Assembly (NCBI GenBank): GCA_963664195.1 | Contig: OY760907.1 | Span: forward strand, 1,056,001 to 1,120,000 | Origin: an uncultured candidate division Zixibacteria bacterium | GTDB lineage: Bacteria; Zixibacteria; MSB-5A5; GN15; FEB-12 | DNA: 64,000 bases | Reading direction: 5' to 3' | In this document: in pieces, positions 18,053 through 27,836 of the stretch | Position numbering within the stretch: the stretch's first letter is position 1 | Layout: the number at the start of each line of letters is the position of its first letter | Notes under the pieces: model-generated | Databases searched by the model: none | Seen by the model: the letters and a program-made list of their open reading frames with translations, nothing else | What the model was told of the DNA's origin: nothing | Program-made: the position numbers and the translations under genes

Positions 18053-20554
18053 ATGAGAGAACGCCTCGAACAGACATTGTTCCCCTATGTCATTAAACCG
18101 GGTCGATATACCGGCGGGGAACCGGGCCAGATCGTCAAAGACCCTTCCGGTCGACTGAAATATCTCCATATCTACCCCGACAAATACGAAATCGGGCAGT
18201 CATACGTCGGCCTACAGACGCTCTATCATATCGTCAACGCAGACGACCGTTTCCTCTGCGAACGTGCCTATGCACCGGATGTCGACGCCGAAATACTCAT
18301 GCGCGAACGGGATATCCCGCTGTTCTCCCTGGAAAGCTCTCGCCCCGCAAAAGAGTTCGACGCTATCGGGTTTACGCTCGTCGACGAAACCGTGTTCACC
18401 AACATGCTCGGCATGATCGACCTGGCCGGTATCCCCATCCGGTCAGAGAAGCGGGACGACTCCGACCCGATAATCATGGCCGGCGGACCCGCCGTCTACA
18501 ATCCGGAGCCGATTGCGCCGTTTGTCGACGTCTTTTTCATCGGCGATGCCGAAGACGGTCTCCCGGAGATGCTGGGGATTCTGCACGACCTGAAAGACGC
18601 TTCCCGCGAGGACAAACTCAAGGCGCTCGCCAAAGTAGAATCCGTATATATTCCGAGATACTATGACAACGAGGCCCGCCCGCTGGTTGATTTCGCCCCC
18701 GAAGTCATCCAGGCCAGGGCTGTCAGCGAGTTGAAACCATCGGGTTACCCCGAACAGCCGATTGTGCCGCTGGTTGATACCGTGCACAATCATCTCGCGG
18801 TAGAAATCATGCGCGGCTGTCCGCAGGGTTGCCGGTTCTGCTTTGCGGGTCCCATCTACCGACCCGTTCGCCCACGCTCGGTGGCCGATATTGCACGCCA
18901 GATTGATACCCAGATTCAGAGCACCGGCTACCATGAAGTCACCCTGTTGTCGTTGTCGTCGACCGACTACCCCGATGTCGAGGAACTCGTCAGCACGCTG
19001 ACGCGACGTCTGGAACCGATGGGCGTATCGATCTCGTTGCCGTCGCTGAGACCGGGCAGCATTAGCCCGCGCTTGCTGGACAAGCTCAAGAAGGTCCGCA
19101 GATCCGGTCTGACAATCGCCCCCGAAGCGGGCACCGAACGGCTTCGCCTCTTCATCCGCAAGGATTTCCCGGACGCCGCCATATACGATACCGCCCGCCT
19201 CGCCTTCTCCAAGGGCTGGACGACGCTGAAGTTGTACTTCATGGTGGGACTGCCAACCGAGACAGAAGAAGACCTGCTCGGCATATGCAAAGTCTGTCGA
19301 AACGTTCTGCAGATCAGCAAGGAGTACACTAACCGTGCAACGGTTAATGTCACCCTCTCCCCGTTCGTCCCCAAAGCACATACGCCGTTCCAGTGGGACG
19401 AAGCGGTGAATCAGGAAGAAGTGTTCGAGAAGATCAAGTATGTCAAGCGGAACACTCGCGGCGGACACATCAATTTCAAACACAACGACACCAAGCTGGC
19501 GATGCTCGTTTGTATCCTCGGGCGCGGCGGTCGTGAAATCGCCGACATCATCGAAGAAGCGGTGGCGAGGGGCTGTCGATTCGATAGTTGGAGCGAGCAT
19601 TTCCAATTCGACGTCTGGATGGAATTGTTTGCCAAGCACAATATCGACATCGGCACCCGGTTGAAACCGATACCGTTCACGGAACGTCTCCCCTGGTCGC
19701 ATATTCACAAACGGTCCTCGGTTGACCACCTGATGAAGGAACGCCAGAGGACGTCGCTGCAGTTGAAGGATTTCAAACCGCAGTATCGCGATGCAAACGA
19801 AAGTGTCTCCACCGGCGAGCCGCAGATGCAATTCGGTCGCGGCGCAAAGCGAGTCAAGGGGAGCGCCCAGGTGGCGCCGACCAAGAACCGTGTTCGCATC
19901 CGCTGGGGAAAATCGGCCCGATACCGGTACATGTCGCACCTTGAGAACCTTCGCCTGATGGAACGGTCGCTTCGTCGCGCCCGACTTCCGGTCTCCTACA
20001 GCCAGGGGCACAATCCGATCATGAAACTGTCGCTCGGTCCGCCGCTGACGCTCGGGTTTACTTCCGGGGCCGAGTATATTGATATCACGCTTGATTCCAT
20101 GCTCATGCCGTATATGCTGGAGGATTTCCGCAAAGTTCTTCCGCCGGGTATAGAAATGATCGAAGCAAAGTCTGTTCTGGGCAAAAAGACCTCCCTCAAC
20201 GCGGCGCTGAACCGTGCTGAATACTCGGTGCCCACTTCGTGTTGGGAGAATGTCAAGAACCTTGATAAGAGCATCGCTGCAGTTCTCGAAGCATCCACGC
20301 TTGAGGTTGACCGGGAATCGAAGAAGGGCCTCAAGCAGGTTGATATCCGTCCTGCCATATATGATCTGCGTGTAGAGGCCGATACTTTGATTATGGTCCT
20401 TGGACTCGGCGAAGGGGGCTATGTCAAGCCGATAGAGGTCGCCGGATTCCTCAAGCATGGATTGACCACCGACGCGGTCGCGCTTCCGTTCCATCGGAAA
20501 GACGTGTATCGCGTTGACGACGACGGCAACAAGATTAGCGCAATGGAACTTTAA
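18053..20554 (+). CDS. B12-binding radical SAM protein (TIGR03960-type) fused to radical SAM-linked domain (TIGR03936-type)
   Basis: KPGRYTGGE, RGCPQGCRFC (CxxxCxxC), APEAGTERLR, FVPKAHTPFQW; C-terminal RYMSHL..RSLRRA.LP..YSQG.NP. Confidence 0.9.
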   Translation: MRERLEQTLFPYVIKPGRYTGGEPGQIVKDPSGRLKYLHIYPDKYEIGQSYVGLQTLYHIVNADDRFLCERAYAPDVDAEILMRERDIPLFSLESSRPAKEFDAIGFTLVDETVFTNMLGMIDLAGIPIRSEKRDDSDPIIMAGGPAVYNPEPIAPFVDVFFIGDAEDGLPEMLGILHDLKDASREDKLKALAKVESVYIPRYYDNEARPLVDFAPEVIQARAVSELKPSGYPEQPIVPLVDTVHNHLAVEIMRGCPQGCRFCFAGPIYRPVRPRSVADIARQIDTQIQSTGYHEVTLLSLSSTDYPDVEELVSTLTRRLEPMGVSISLPSLRPGSISPRLLDKLKKVRRSGLTIAPEAGTERLRLFIRKDFPDAAIYDTARLAFSKGWTTLKLYFMVGLPTETEEDLLGICKVCRNVLQISKEYTNRATVNVTLSPFVPKAHTPFQWDEAVNQEEVFEKIKYVKRNTRGGHINFKHNDTKLAMLVCILGRGGREIADIIEEAVARGCRFDSWSEHFQFDVWMELFAKHNIDIGTRLKPIPFTERLPWSHIHKRSSVDHLMKERQRTSLQLKDFKPQYRDANESVSTGEPQMQFGRGAKRVKGSAQVAPTKNRVRIRWGKSARYRYMSHLENLRLMERSLRRARLPVSYSQGHNPIMKLSLGPPLTLGFTSGAEYIDITLDSMLMPYMLEDFRKVLPPGIEMIEAKSVLGKKTSLNAALNRAEYSVPTSCWENVKNLDKSIAAVLEASTLEVDRESKKGLKQVDIRPAIYDLRVEADTLIMVLGLGEGGYVKPIEVAGFLKHGLTTDAVALPFHRKDVYRVDDDGNKISAMEL

Positions 20555-21925
20555 ATGGCCGACGGCACTGCACATAAGAAGACAGGCTCCAAGTTCGATC
20601 CGGTTCGCGCCGCTGCTGTGGAGGCAGTCATTCTGGTCGAACGCGGTCAGCAGACCGAGCACGCTATCAAGCAGGTTCTCAGCGGGAAAAACTTTCGCCC
20701 CATAGATGTCCGCTTCATATTGCAGTTGGTCAACGGGACAACCAAGCTGCGACGGCGGCTGGATCACGAGATCAAGTTCTTCCTCGCGCGCCCCTCGGTG
20801 CCCCTGTCGATTAAGCTGGCGAATATCCTGAGAGTTGGTTTCTTCCAAATCCTCTTTTGTGATAAAATCCCCGAAGCGGCGGCGGTTAACGAGTCCGTCA
20901 ATCTGGCTCGGCATTTCACCGATCAGAGGCAGGCGAAACTCGTCAATGCGGTCATGCGGTCGCGGTTGCGAGAACCGGAAAAGGTGCTGTTTGCTTCTCG
21001 CGAAGAAGACGCCGCGAGATATCTCGGGAACTTCCACAGCTACCCGGAATACTTCGTGCAATACTGCGTGAAGGAGTTTGGAGTCGAAAGAGCCGAGCAT
21101 CTTCTGGCGAATTACAACCGCCCGCCATTTGTAACCTATCGCGTCAACTACCTGAAGACCAAGCCGGACGATGTCGAAAAGCTGCTAATCGAACACGAAG
21201 TCCAGTACACTCGCGGCGAGTATCTCGATGAGTTTTTCCGTTTGGAGAATGCCGGTCTTCCGCTCGAGGATGAATTGATCAAAACCGGCAAGGTGTTCGT
21301 GCAGGATGAATCTTCCGGCCTTCCCGTGCGGCTGTTGAATCCGAGACCGGGAACGGAAATGATCGACCTGACCGCTGCTCCCGGTGGCAAAGCTACCTAC
21401 GCTGCGGTCCGCATGCGCAACAAGGGGCGTGTGACGGCGGTTGATAAATCACAGAAGCGACTGGAGCGGGTTGTCGAAAACGCCAATCGGTTGGGCATCT
21501 CGATTATCGCGCCGGTGGTGGGCGACATGGCTGAAATCTCCGACCGCCAGTTCGACCGCGTCCTGCTCGACCCGCCGTGCAGCGGATGGGGAGCCGCCCG
21601 TAAACACGCCGACCTTCGCTGGGCCAAAAGCGAAAAAGACATTGAGAATCTGGTTAAGATTCAGACCAAGATGATAGACCGCGCCTCGCGGCTGGTGAAG
21701 CCGGGCGGTGTAATGGTGTACTCGACCTGCACGGTTATGCGAGCGGAGAACGATCAGATTGTCGAGGAGTTTCTGGCACGCAACGACAAGTTTGAACTTG
21801 ATTCAGCGGCCCAGTTTTTCGATGAGTCCCTCGTGACCGAACGCGGTTTTGTGAAGACGTATCCGGAGTGTGACAACCTCGACGGTTCCTTCTGCGCCCG
21901 CCTGAAGCGGAAGCTGAATACCTAA
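20555..21925 (+). CDS. rsmB: 16S rRNA (cytosine(967)-C5)-methyltransferase
   Basis: NusB-like N-terminus; VQDESS, DL.AAPGGK, LLDPPCSG, YSTCT motifs. Confidence 0.92.
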   Translation: MADGTAHKKTGSKFDPVRAAAVEAVILVERGQQTEHAIKQVLSGKNFRPIDVRFILQLVNGTTKLRRRLDHEIKFFLARPSVPLSIKLANILRVGFFQILFCDKIPEAAAVNESVNLARHFTDQRQAKLVNAVMRSRLREPEKVLFASREEDAARYLGNFHSYPEYFVQYCVKEFGVERAEHLLANYNRPPFVTYRVNYLKTKPDDVEKLLIEHEVQYTRGEYLDEFFRLENAGLPLEDELIKTGKVFVQDESSGLPVRLLNPRPGTEMIDLTAAPGGKATYAAVRMRNKGRVTAVDKSQKRLERVVENANRLGISIIAPVVGDMAEISDRQFDRVLLDPPCSGWGAARKHADLRWAKSEKDIENLVKIQTKMIDRASRLVKPGGVMVYSTCTVMRAENDQIVEEFLARNDKFELDSAAQFFDESLVTERGFVKTYPECDNLDGSFCARLKRKLNT

Positions 21926-22362
21926 AGCCCCATCGCCTCGCGCTCGGCGGCCTGGATGCGCTTCTTCTCTATCGCCGCCAGCGAATCCACGAACACCGTC
22001 ACCTGTTTTGCATACGACAAGTACCGCTCTGGATGTTTCTTATATCGGTCCAGATAGTCAAACATCGCCTCAGCCGTCAGACCTTCCGCCCGAAGAAGTG
22101 AATCACGAAACGCGAGAAACGCATCCGGCTCGCCGACGTATTTGGCTGTGCCCATCTCCACCTGAGCGGTAATGAGCGCCATGCGGGAATCTTCGGCAAG
22201 ATCGCGTTGCTCGGACCAGTTTTGCCATTTCATCCAGCCCAGCACGGCGAGACCGATGACAACAAACGGTAACAGTCGCTTAATCCAAAGCAAATACTTC
22301 CAACTTTCGTTTGCACTGCGGCGTAGAAACGCTAAATTACGCCCCGGAAAAACCCCGGTCAA
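21922..22362 (-). CDS. Membrane-anchored hypothetical protein (DUF4296-like; start uncertain)
   Basis: One TM followed by a helical domain (RDSLLRAEGLTAEAMFDYLDRYKKHPE). Confidence 0.55.
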   Translation of the reverse strand: MTGVFPGRNLAFLRRSANESWKYLLWIKRLLPFVVIGLAVLGWMKWQNWSEQRDLAEDSRMALITAQVEMGTAKYVGEPDAFLAFRDSLLRAEGLTAEAMFDYLDRYKKHPERYLSYAKQVTVFVDSLAAIEKKRIQAAEREAMGL

Positions 22363-22370
22363 GGATTGAT

Positions 22371-23459
22371 ATGGAATTGAACTACCCTCTCGTGCGACGC
22401 AAGAGCCGCACGGTCAAAATACGCGATCTGATTATCGGCGGTGGTTTCCCAATCGCCATCCAGAGCATGACCACGGCTGACACTCGCGATGCAGCCGCTA
22501 CCGTCAAACAGTGCAACGACCTCTTTGATGCCGGCGCGGACATTGTCCGTCTTTCGGTGCTCAACCATAATGCCGGCAATGAGCTCAAGACGATCCGTGA
22601 GCAGGTCACCAAACCGCTCGTGGCTGATATTCATTTCCAGTACAAGCTGGCGCTCAAAGCCATCGAGGCCGGATTCGACAAGATCAGAATCAACCCCGGC
22701 AACATCGGCGCTGAGTGGAAAGTCAAAGAAGTAACTCAAGCCGCTAAGGACGCCGAGGTGCCCATAAGAATCGGCGTCAACTCCGGATCGCTGCCGAAAG
22801 ACCTGCTTGAGCAATACGGCCATGACGACCCGCGCGCGTTTGTCGAGGCGGCCGTGCGCGAAATCGAAGTACTCGAATCGATGGATTTTCAAGACATCGT
22901 CATCTCGGTCAAATCGACCAACACCAACACCGCCTTCTGGGCGTACACTATGCTCGCTGAACGGTGCGAATATCCGTTGCATTTAGGCATAACTGAAGCC
23001 GGCACGCTTGATACGGGCACGGTAAAGTCAGCGGTGGGGATCGGTGCCATGCTCATGACCGGCATCGGTGACACGATTCGAGTGTCGCTCACTGCCGACC
23101 CGATTCATGAAGTGCGTGTTGCCAAACAGATATTGACTTCGTGTGCGCTCAAGACTGACGGCGTCGAGGTCATCGCCTGTCCCACTTGCGGACGGTGCCA
23201 GATCGACATGATTCCGCTGGCTGAGTCAATCGAGAACAAGACGCGTCACATCAAGACGCCGTTGAAGGTGGCCGTCATGGGATGTGCGGTCAACGGTCCG
23301 GGCGAGGCAGCCGCGGCCGATGTGGGGATCGCGGGCGGCGACGGCAAGGGGATGCTCATCAAAAAGGGTGAGATAGTCAAGATGACAACCGAGGCGGAGC
23401 TTGAAGAAACGTTGCTCAAGGAAATCGAAGAGATGACCGGCGAGAAGATCAATCGGTAG
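22371..23459 (+). CDS. ispG: (E)-4-hydroxy-3-methylbut-2-enyl-diphosphate synthase
   Basis: IQSMT, ADIHF, RINPGNIG, GVNSGSL, HLGITEAG, GDTIRVSL, CPTCGRC, MGCAVNGPGE. Confidence 0.97.
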   Translation: MELNYPLVRRKSRTVKIRDLIIGGGFPIAIQSMTTADTRDAAATVKQCNDLFDAGADIVRLSVLNHNAGNELKTIREQVTKPLVADIHFQYKLALKAIEAGFDKIRINPGNIGAEWKVKEVTQAAKDAEVPIRIGVNSGSLPKDLLEQYGHDDPRAFVEAAVREIEVLESMDFQDIVISVKSTNTNTAFWAYTMLAERCEYPLHLGITEAGTLDTGTVKSAVGIGAMLMTGIGDTIRVSLTADPIHEVRVAKQILTSCALKTDGVEVIACPTCGRCQIDMIPLAESIENKTRHIKTPLKVAVMGCAVNGPGEAAAADVGIAGGDGKGMLIKKGEIVKMTTEAELEETLLKEIEEMTGEKINR

Positions 23460-23546
23460 TGGGTCCCAGCCCAAACATATTGGGTGGTCGAAACCCGGCG
23501 AGTCGGTGATAATCTGGCCCGGTCTGACATGTATCGCAAATGCGGC

Positions 23547-23812
23547 GTTTCAACGGGCACACTCCCGTGTGCCGCGCACGGGAACGCACAGCCTTTTCGC
23601 ATTGTGCGCGACCGTAGACTCCTCTCTTGTAGGTCGTTGTCCCGAGGCGCGCATACCATGTGCGCTGAGAAACCCGACATCTTCTTCTGAAACCCGATAG
23701 CCACAGCTTGCTGTGGGTTCTGTACATACAAGCTGAGCTTTAAGAGTGCGTCGAAACTGCTGGAGTTTCGACCTACGATGACTGATAAGTCACACTGAGC
23801 CTGTCGAAGTGT
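23547..23812. repeat. Mosaic array of REP-like palindromes (families A, D, C, F)
   Basis: A 23547-23580, D 23628-23683, C inverted 23750-23776, F 23789-23812; each recurs elsewhere in the window. Confidence 0.8.
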
Positions 23813-23820
23813 CCACCGAG

Positions 23821-23856
23821 AAGAAAAAGCCGCGCCGGATTTCTCCAGCGCGGCTT
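23821..23856 (-). terminator. Intrinsic terminator of the cytochrome-porin operon
   Basis: Minus strand AAGCCGCGCTGGA-GAAA-TCCGGCGCGGCTT followed by TTTCTT. Confidence 0.75.
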
Positions 23857-23882
23857 GGCTTTAACCGATACTCCAGTTTCAA

Positions 23883-26072
23883 TTAGAAATCGAACCGGAA
23901 TCCGGTACGGACGAAAAACACCGAACCGTCTTCGATGCCGTACACATAACCGGCATCGTCGGTCATGTCGGCATAGTCGGCGTCGGCCGTCCACGTAAGT
24001 CCTTCACTCAACGTGTACTCTACACCGCCTGCGATGTGCATGATGGTGTAGTCGAGATCGGAATACGTGTGCATCTCGCCGAACGTGAAGTCCGAGTGTG
24101 TCAGGTCCGGATCACCCTGCGTGTCTATCACACGACTCGACACATCCGGCATGATGACCTGTTCGTACTCTGAGGTTGAGGTATTGAATGACAGGGAGCC
24201 GGAAACGAACAGCTTTTCGGTGGCCTGCCCGCCAACGTTGAGATACAGATTGATCGCTTTGGTTTCGTAGTCAGCCATGGTGTACATGGAACCATAATGT
24301 CTCGCGTTGCCACTCACGGTGTCAACATAGATATGGCCCGCTCAGCCGTCGAAGAGTGCCACTGTCACCGGCCCTCTCGATTTGTTGTAATAGTAATTGA
24401 AACCAGCGCTCACGGTCCAACGCGGATCGGGCATGAAGTTCACCGCCAGATTGGGAACCATCGTGGTGTGCTTCACATCCAGCGAGTCCAGATCGCTGTT
24501 CTTATCAAGCACAAACTTGGCTCCCATATTCAGGTTGACCTTGTTAGTCGGCCTGTAGCTTGAGGTCCAGTTGATTTCGTGCTTGATTGTCGGCTCGGTC
24601 GAAATGCTCTGATACCGAATACCCTCGCGCTGGTAATAGAAGTACGAGTTGGAGGCGGCGGTACCGATACGAGTCAAAGAATCAATCCCGGGGTACTCGA
24701 ACAGACCCCTCGGCGAAGTAAACGGGTTCGAGGTCTTCTCAAGCCGGTACTTGAGCCGTGAGGAGTATCTCAGTCCCTTGCGGTAGTTCAGTTTTGCCTG
24801 ACCGATGAAACGAGTAGTCGCCTCCTCATTGTCCAGGGTCGGAAAACCATATCGGTCGATCCGTTGGAATCCGGCCAGCACAGAAACCGTAGCCTTTGGA
24901 TTTACACGATGAATAACCTCAACCGTTGCCTTACCGTCGGCACGGTCAAGGGCTGAATACCGGACAAAATCGAAATCGACCGCAGCCGGTGCCGGACGTC
25001 CTTCACGAAAAGAGGCCACATCGACAAGAGCCTCGTCGGATTTGATTCTGGTGCCGGCCACTTTGGCTACCAACCGCGTCTTGGGCGACATCGGATATGC
25101 GAAGCTGGCCACACCGGCCCAGGTATTTGAAACCAGGAAAGTGTGCTTATTCTTCGCCTGACTGTAGGTTAACGCGCCGGCAAACCGTCCCTTGCCGGCA
25201 TCCCCTTTGATTCTCACTTTGTGAGACATCTTTGCAGTTTTGGGCTTTGCAGAATAAGTCAGCGTTGCGTCGCTGTAGTTCTGACGAGAGCTGAACTCGG
25301 CGCCCGATCCGCCGTTGACCGGATGTTTGGCCGGATCATAATAGGCTGTCGGATCCAGGGAGTTGGACTGATACAGCCTGTAGCCGAACTTATAGCCGAA
25401 ATCGAGATTTCCGGCTTCGGCGTTGATACCGGCCTCTATCTGATGCTGTCCTTCGTCAACCTCACGACCCTTGGAGGTCAAATGACAACTGAAGCAATGG
25501 TTGCTCGCTATTGCCTGCGCATGACCCTTTTTCAGGATCGAGCGGTGGGCAACCTCCAATCGGACATTGTGCTCCCGTGACAACAGCGCCGACACTTTGC
25601 TCAGAATCTCGGTGCGGTGGTATTCGTAGTCCGCGTCGGGATCCTGAATATCGTGCGTTATTGTTTTGCCGCCGGGGTTCGTTCCCAGCCACTCTCGCGT
25701 CTCGAGGTTTTCCAGCATGTCCTGCCCCATATTCCTCGTCATCGAACGATACTGGAAATCGGCCTTGAACAGATCACCGGCGACTATGCCGGCTTTACCA
25801 AACGCATCATCCTTGTCGAAGTAGTGTCCATCGATAGTGAAAATGCTGTTCGGCCGCAGGGCCATATAGCTGAATTTGAAGTCCGGAATCACCTGCTCCT
25901 GGCGAAGCTGGCGATACTCACCGACTTTCTTGGCATAGCCGGACGTGTCGGTGTATTTCAGACCGGTCCAGATACTGTACCGGTCGACAGTCTCCTCGTT
26001 TTCATTCGCGAACACAGACGCCGCGAGCAAAAGCAGAAGGCTGATACCGATGATAATTATCTTATGTTTCAT
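23883..26072 (-). CDS. Outer-membrane beta-barrel partner of decaheme cytochrome (MtrB/PioB-like), CxxCH-containing, probable selenoprotein (U577)
   Basis: RBS and signal peptide from 26072; NHCFSCH motif; ORFs 24342-26168 and 23883-24317 are in one frame separated only by UGA 24342-24344 (..VALFDG-U-AGHIYVDTVSGNAR..); SECIS-like hairpin; C-terminal beta-signal VRTGFRFDF. Confidence 0.85.
24300..24331 (-). promoter_or_regulatory. Putative bacterial SECIS of the porin gene
   Basis: mRNA UCU-AU-GUUG-A-CAC-[CGUGA]-GUG-G-CAAC-GCG-AGA hairpin; loop starts 23 nt after the UGA, with GU at loop positions 2-3. Confidence 0.7.
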
Positions 26073-26083
26073 CACCTTCTCCT

Positions 26084-27034
26084 TTATCTCGTCAGCGCAC
26101 GACCACCGGTAGAGGCGGCCTGCGACGGCAGGTCTGATCCGTGAACGGATGAATGGCACTGGGTGCACTTGGTCAACATCGCCCGCTTGAAACCGTCAGG
26201 CGTTGAGACTCCCGCGCGCTCCGGGGCCTGCGGGGTTGTGAAGTCACCATCGACCCCTTCGACCGTGGCATGGAAGTGCATCGCATGGCAGTTCAGGCAC
26301 AGTGCCGGTTCGTTTTGTTTCAAGAGCTTGTCCGCCACCGAACCGTGAGGCGTATGACAAATCATACAGTCCTCCATGACCGGAGCGTGCTCATATACAA
26401 ACGGTCCCTCAACATCGGCGTGACACGAGAAGCAAAGCTCGCGTCCCGTGTTATCCATTGTCAGGGCCGTCTGTCCGCCGTGCACGTTGTGGCAGTCTTT
26501 GCACTCGAGCGCGCCCTCACCGATCGGGTGGTGCGACGGCATGAACTGGCTCGCGCGAACATCGGTATGACAATCGTAACACAGCTCGGGATTCTCTTTC
26601 TTGAGCGAGTGTGCCTCGCCGCTGTGCACGGTGTGACAGGACGAGCAATTGAGATCGGCCGAATTATGGTGCGAAAACGCCCAATCATCGAGCATGCTTT
26701 CCTTGTGGCAGGTCAAGCACATCTGCGAGCCGAACTGGTCCTGTTTGGCTGGGTTAATGATCTTAGCCGGATCGCCCTCTTCAATGTGAGCTACTGCTGA
26801 TCCATGACAGGATTCACAACTGAACTCCTCCAGGGCCGGCCGGTCACTCATGTACCGCCCGTGGGGAGTCAGGTGAAAATTCTCGACATTGTCATGGCAA
26901 TCGGCACAAACCTCATTAGCAACGTCCCCTGCCACAAGGGGCACCGGCGTTGCCAGCAGCAGCGCCATTAGCAGCGCACACCCGCAGGCAACCAGACAGG
27001 CCGACCCGGCCCTGTCATGTTTTGGCTTCCTCAT
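26084..27034 (-). CDS. Periplasmic decaheme c-type cytochrome (DmsE/MtrA family)
   Basis: Signal peptide; 10 CxxCH motifs (CADCH, CESCH, CLTCH, CSSCH, CYDCH, CKDCH, CFSCH, CMICH, CLNCH, CTQCH); GPFVYEHAPV and HGSDLPS motifs; GGAGG RBS. Confidence 0.95.
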   Translation of the reverse strand: MRKPKHDRAGSACLVACGCALLMALLLATPVPLVAGDVANEVCADCHDNVENFHLTPHGRYMSDRPALEEFSCESCHGSAVAHIEEGDPAKIINPAKQDQFGSQMCLTCHKESMLDDWAFSHHNSADLNCSSCHTVHSGEAHSLKKENPELCYDCHTDVRASQFMPSHHPIGEGALECKDCHNVHGGQTALTMDNTGRELCFSCHADVEGPFVYEHAPVMEDCMICHTPHGSVADKLLKQNEPALCLNCHAMHFHATVEGVDGDFTTPQAPERAGVSTPDGFKRAMLTKCTQCHSSVHGSDLPSQAASTGGRALTR

Positions 27035-27085
27035 GCCTCCTCCAATCCTGGTGGGCCGAAACCCTCCTGGTTATGTGAATAGCGA

Positions 27086-27670
27086 TTACGCTTTTAAACC
27101 CCTGGCGTAAATCGGTACATTATTGTCAATTACATCGGACGCTCTGTAGCTTCGTCCCTGGAGCCCCTTAAACAGGGTGCGACCCTGCGCACAATCAAAC
27201 ACCATCCCCACAAAGCAGCGGGCGGTAATTTCGTTGTTTTTCTCAAGGATGGTGCCCTGATGGCAAAGCCGGTTAAGCTGCTTGATGAGGAACCTGACAT
27301 AGGTCCCTCGCACAATCTCAAACACATGTCTGGCCCGCTCATGACCGGCCAGAACCGAGTACAACAGCAACCGATACAGATCGGCGTTTTCGGAGTGGAA
27401 TTCAATCACGTGATACGCGATCCCGCTCAGAATCACTTCGATTTCGACCTCACCCTCGAGCTTTGCGAACAGATCGTCGCAGTTGATTCGCGCGCTCAGA
27501 GATTCGAGAACTTCGGAGAATAACGCTTCTTTGCTTGCGAAATGACGATAAATAGCCGGCTCAGTGATACCACAACCGTCAGCTAATTGCTTAACTGTGA
27601 CCTTGTCGTAGCCGTCCCTGCTGAACAGCTCTGTTGCCAGCTTGAGAATTTGGTCTTTACGTCGGGGCAT
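27086..27670 (-). CDS. TetR/AcrR family transcriptional regulator
   Basis: ILKLATELFSRDGYDKVTVKQLADGCGITEPAIYRHFASKEALF HTH. Confidence 0.93.
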   Translation of the reverse strand: MPRRKDQILKLATELFSRDGYDKVTVKQLADGCGITEPAIYRHFASKEALFSEVLESLSARINCDDLFAKLEGEVEIEVILSGIAYHVIEFHSENADLYRLLLYSVLAGHERARHVFEIVRGTYVRFLIKQLNRLCHQGTILEKNNEITARCFVGMVFDCAQGRTLFKGLQGRSYRASDVIDNNVPIYARGLKA

Positions 27671-27690
27671 CTGCTCCCACTCCAACCCTG

Positions 27691-27732
27691 CGTTAGTGAC
27701 CGATAACTAACGAATTGTCATGCCAATGTCAA
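27691..27732 (-). promoter_or_regulatory. Promoter -35 (TTGACA) and palindromic operator, likely TetR site
   Basis: CGTTAGT-8 nt-ACTAACG at 27691-27712 overlaps the expected -10/+1 of a minus-strand TTGACA at 27727-27732. Confidence 0.6.
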
Positions 27733-27836
27733 CAAAATACAATCCCCCGTCTGTCACAAATATCGGCATTAGTCATCCCAACTGTGATACGAAGCGAGCT
27801 AAGATTTTGTGTAGCAGATAGTTATGTCTATTTCTG

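Noticed and set aside
18443..21100. 885-aa minus-strand ORF
   Set aside because: Antisense shadow of the radical SAM and rsmB genes; no recognisable motifs.
23883..24317. Separate 144-aa gene, or pseudogene interpretation of the split porin
   Set aside because: No RBS or signal peptide; in frame with the upstream ORF across a single UGA with a SECIS-like hairpin; no other lesions. Sec readthrough explains it better.
9523..27670. tRNA-Sec, selA or selB near the selenoprotein genes
   Set aside because: No tRNA cloverleaf or such ORFs were visible in the window; they would have to be elsewhere in the genome.
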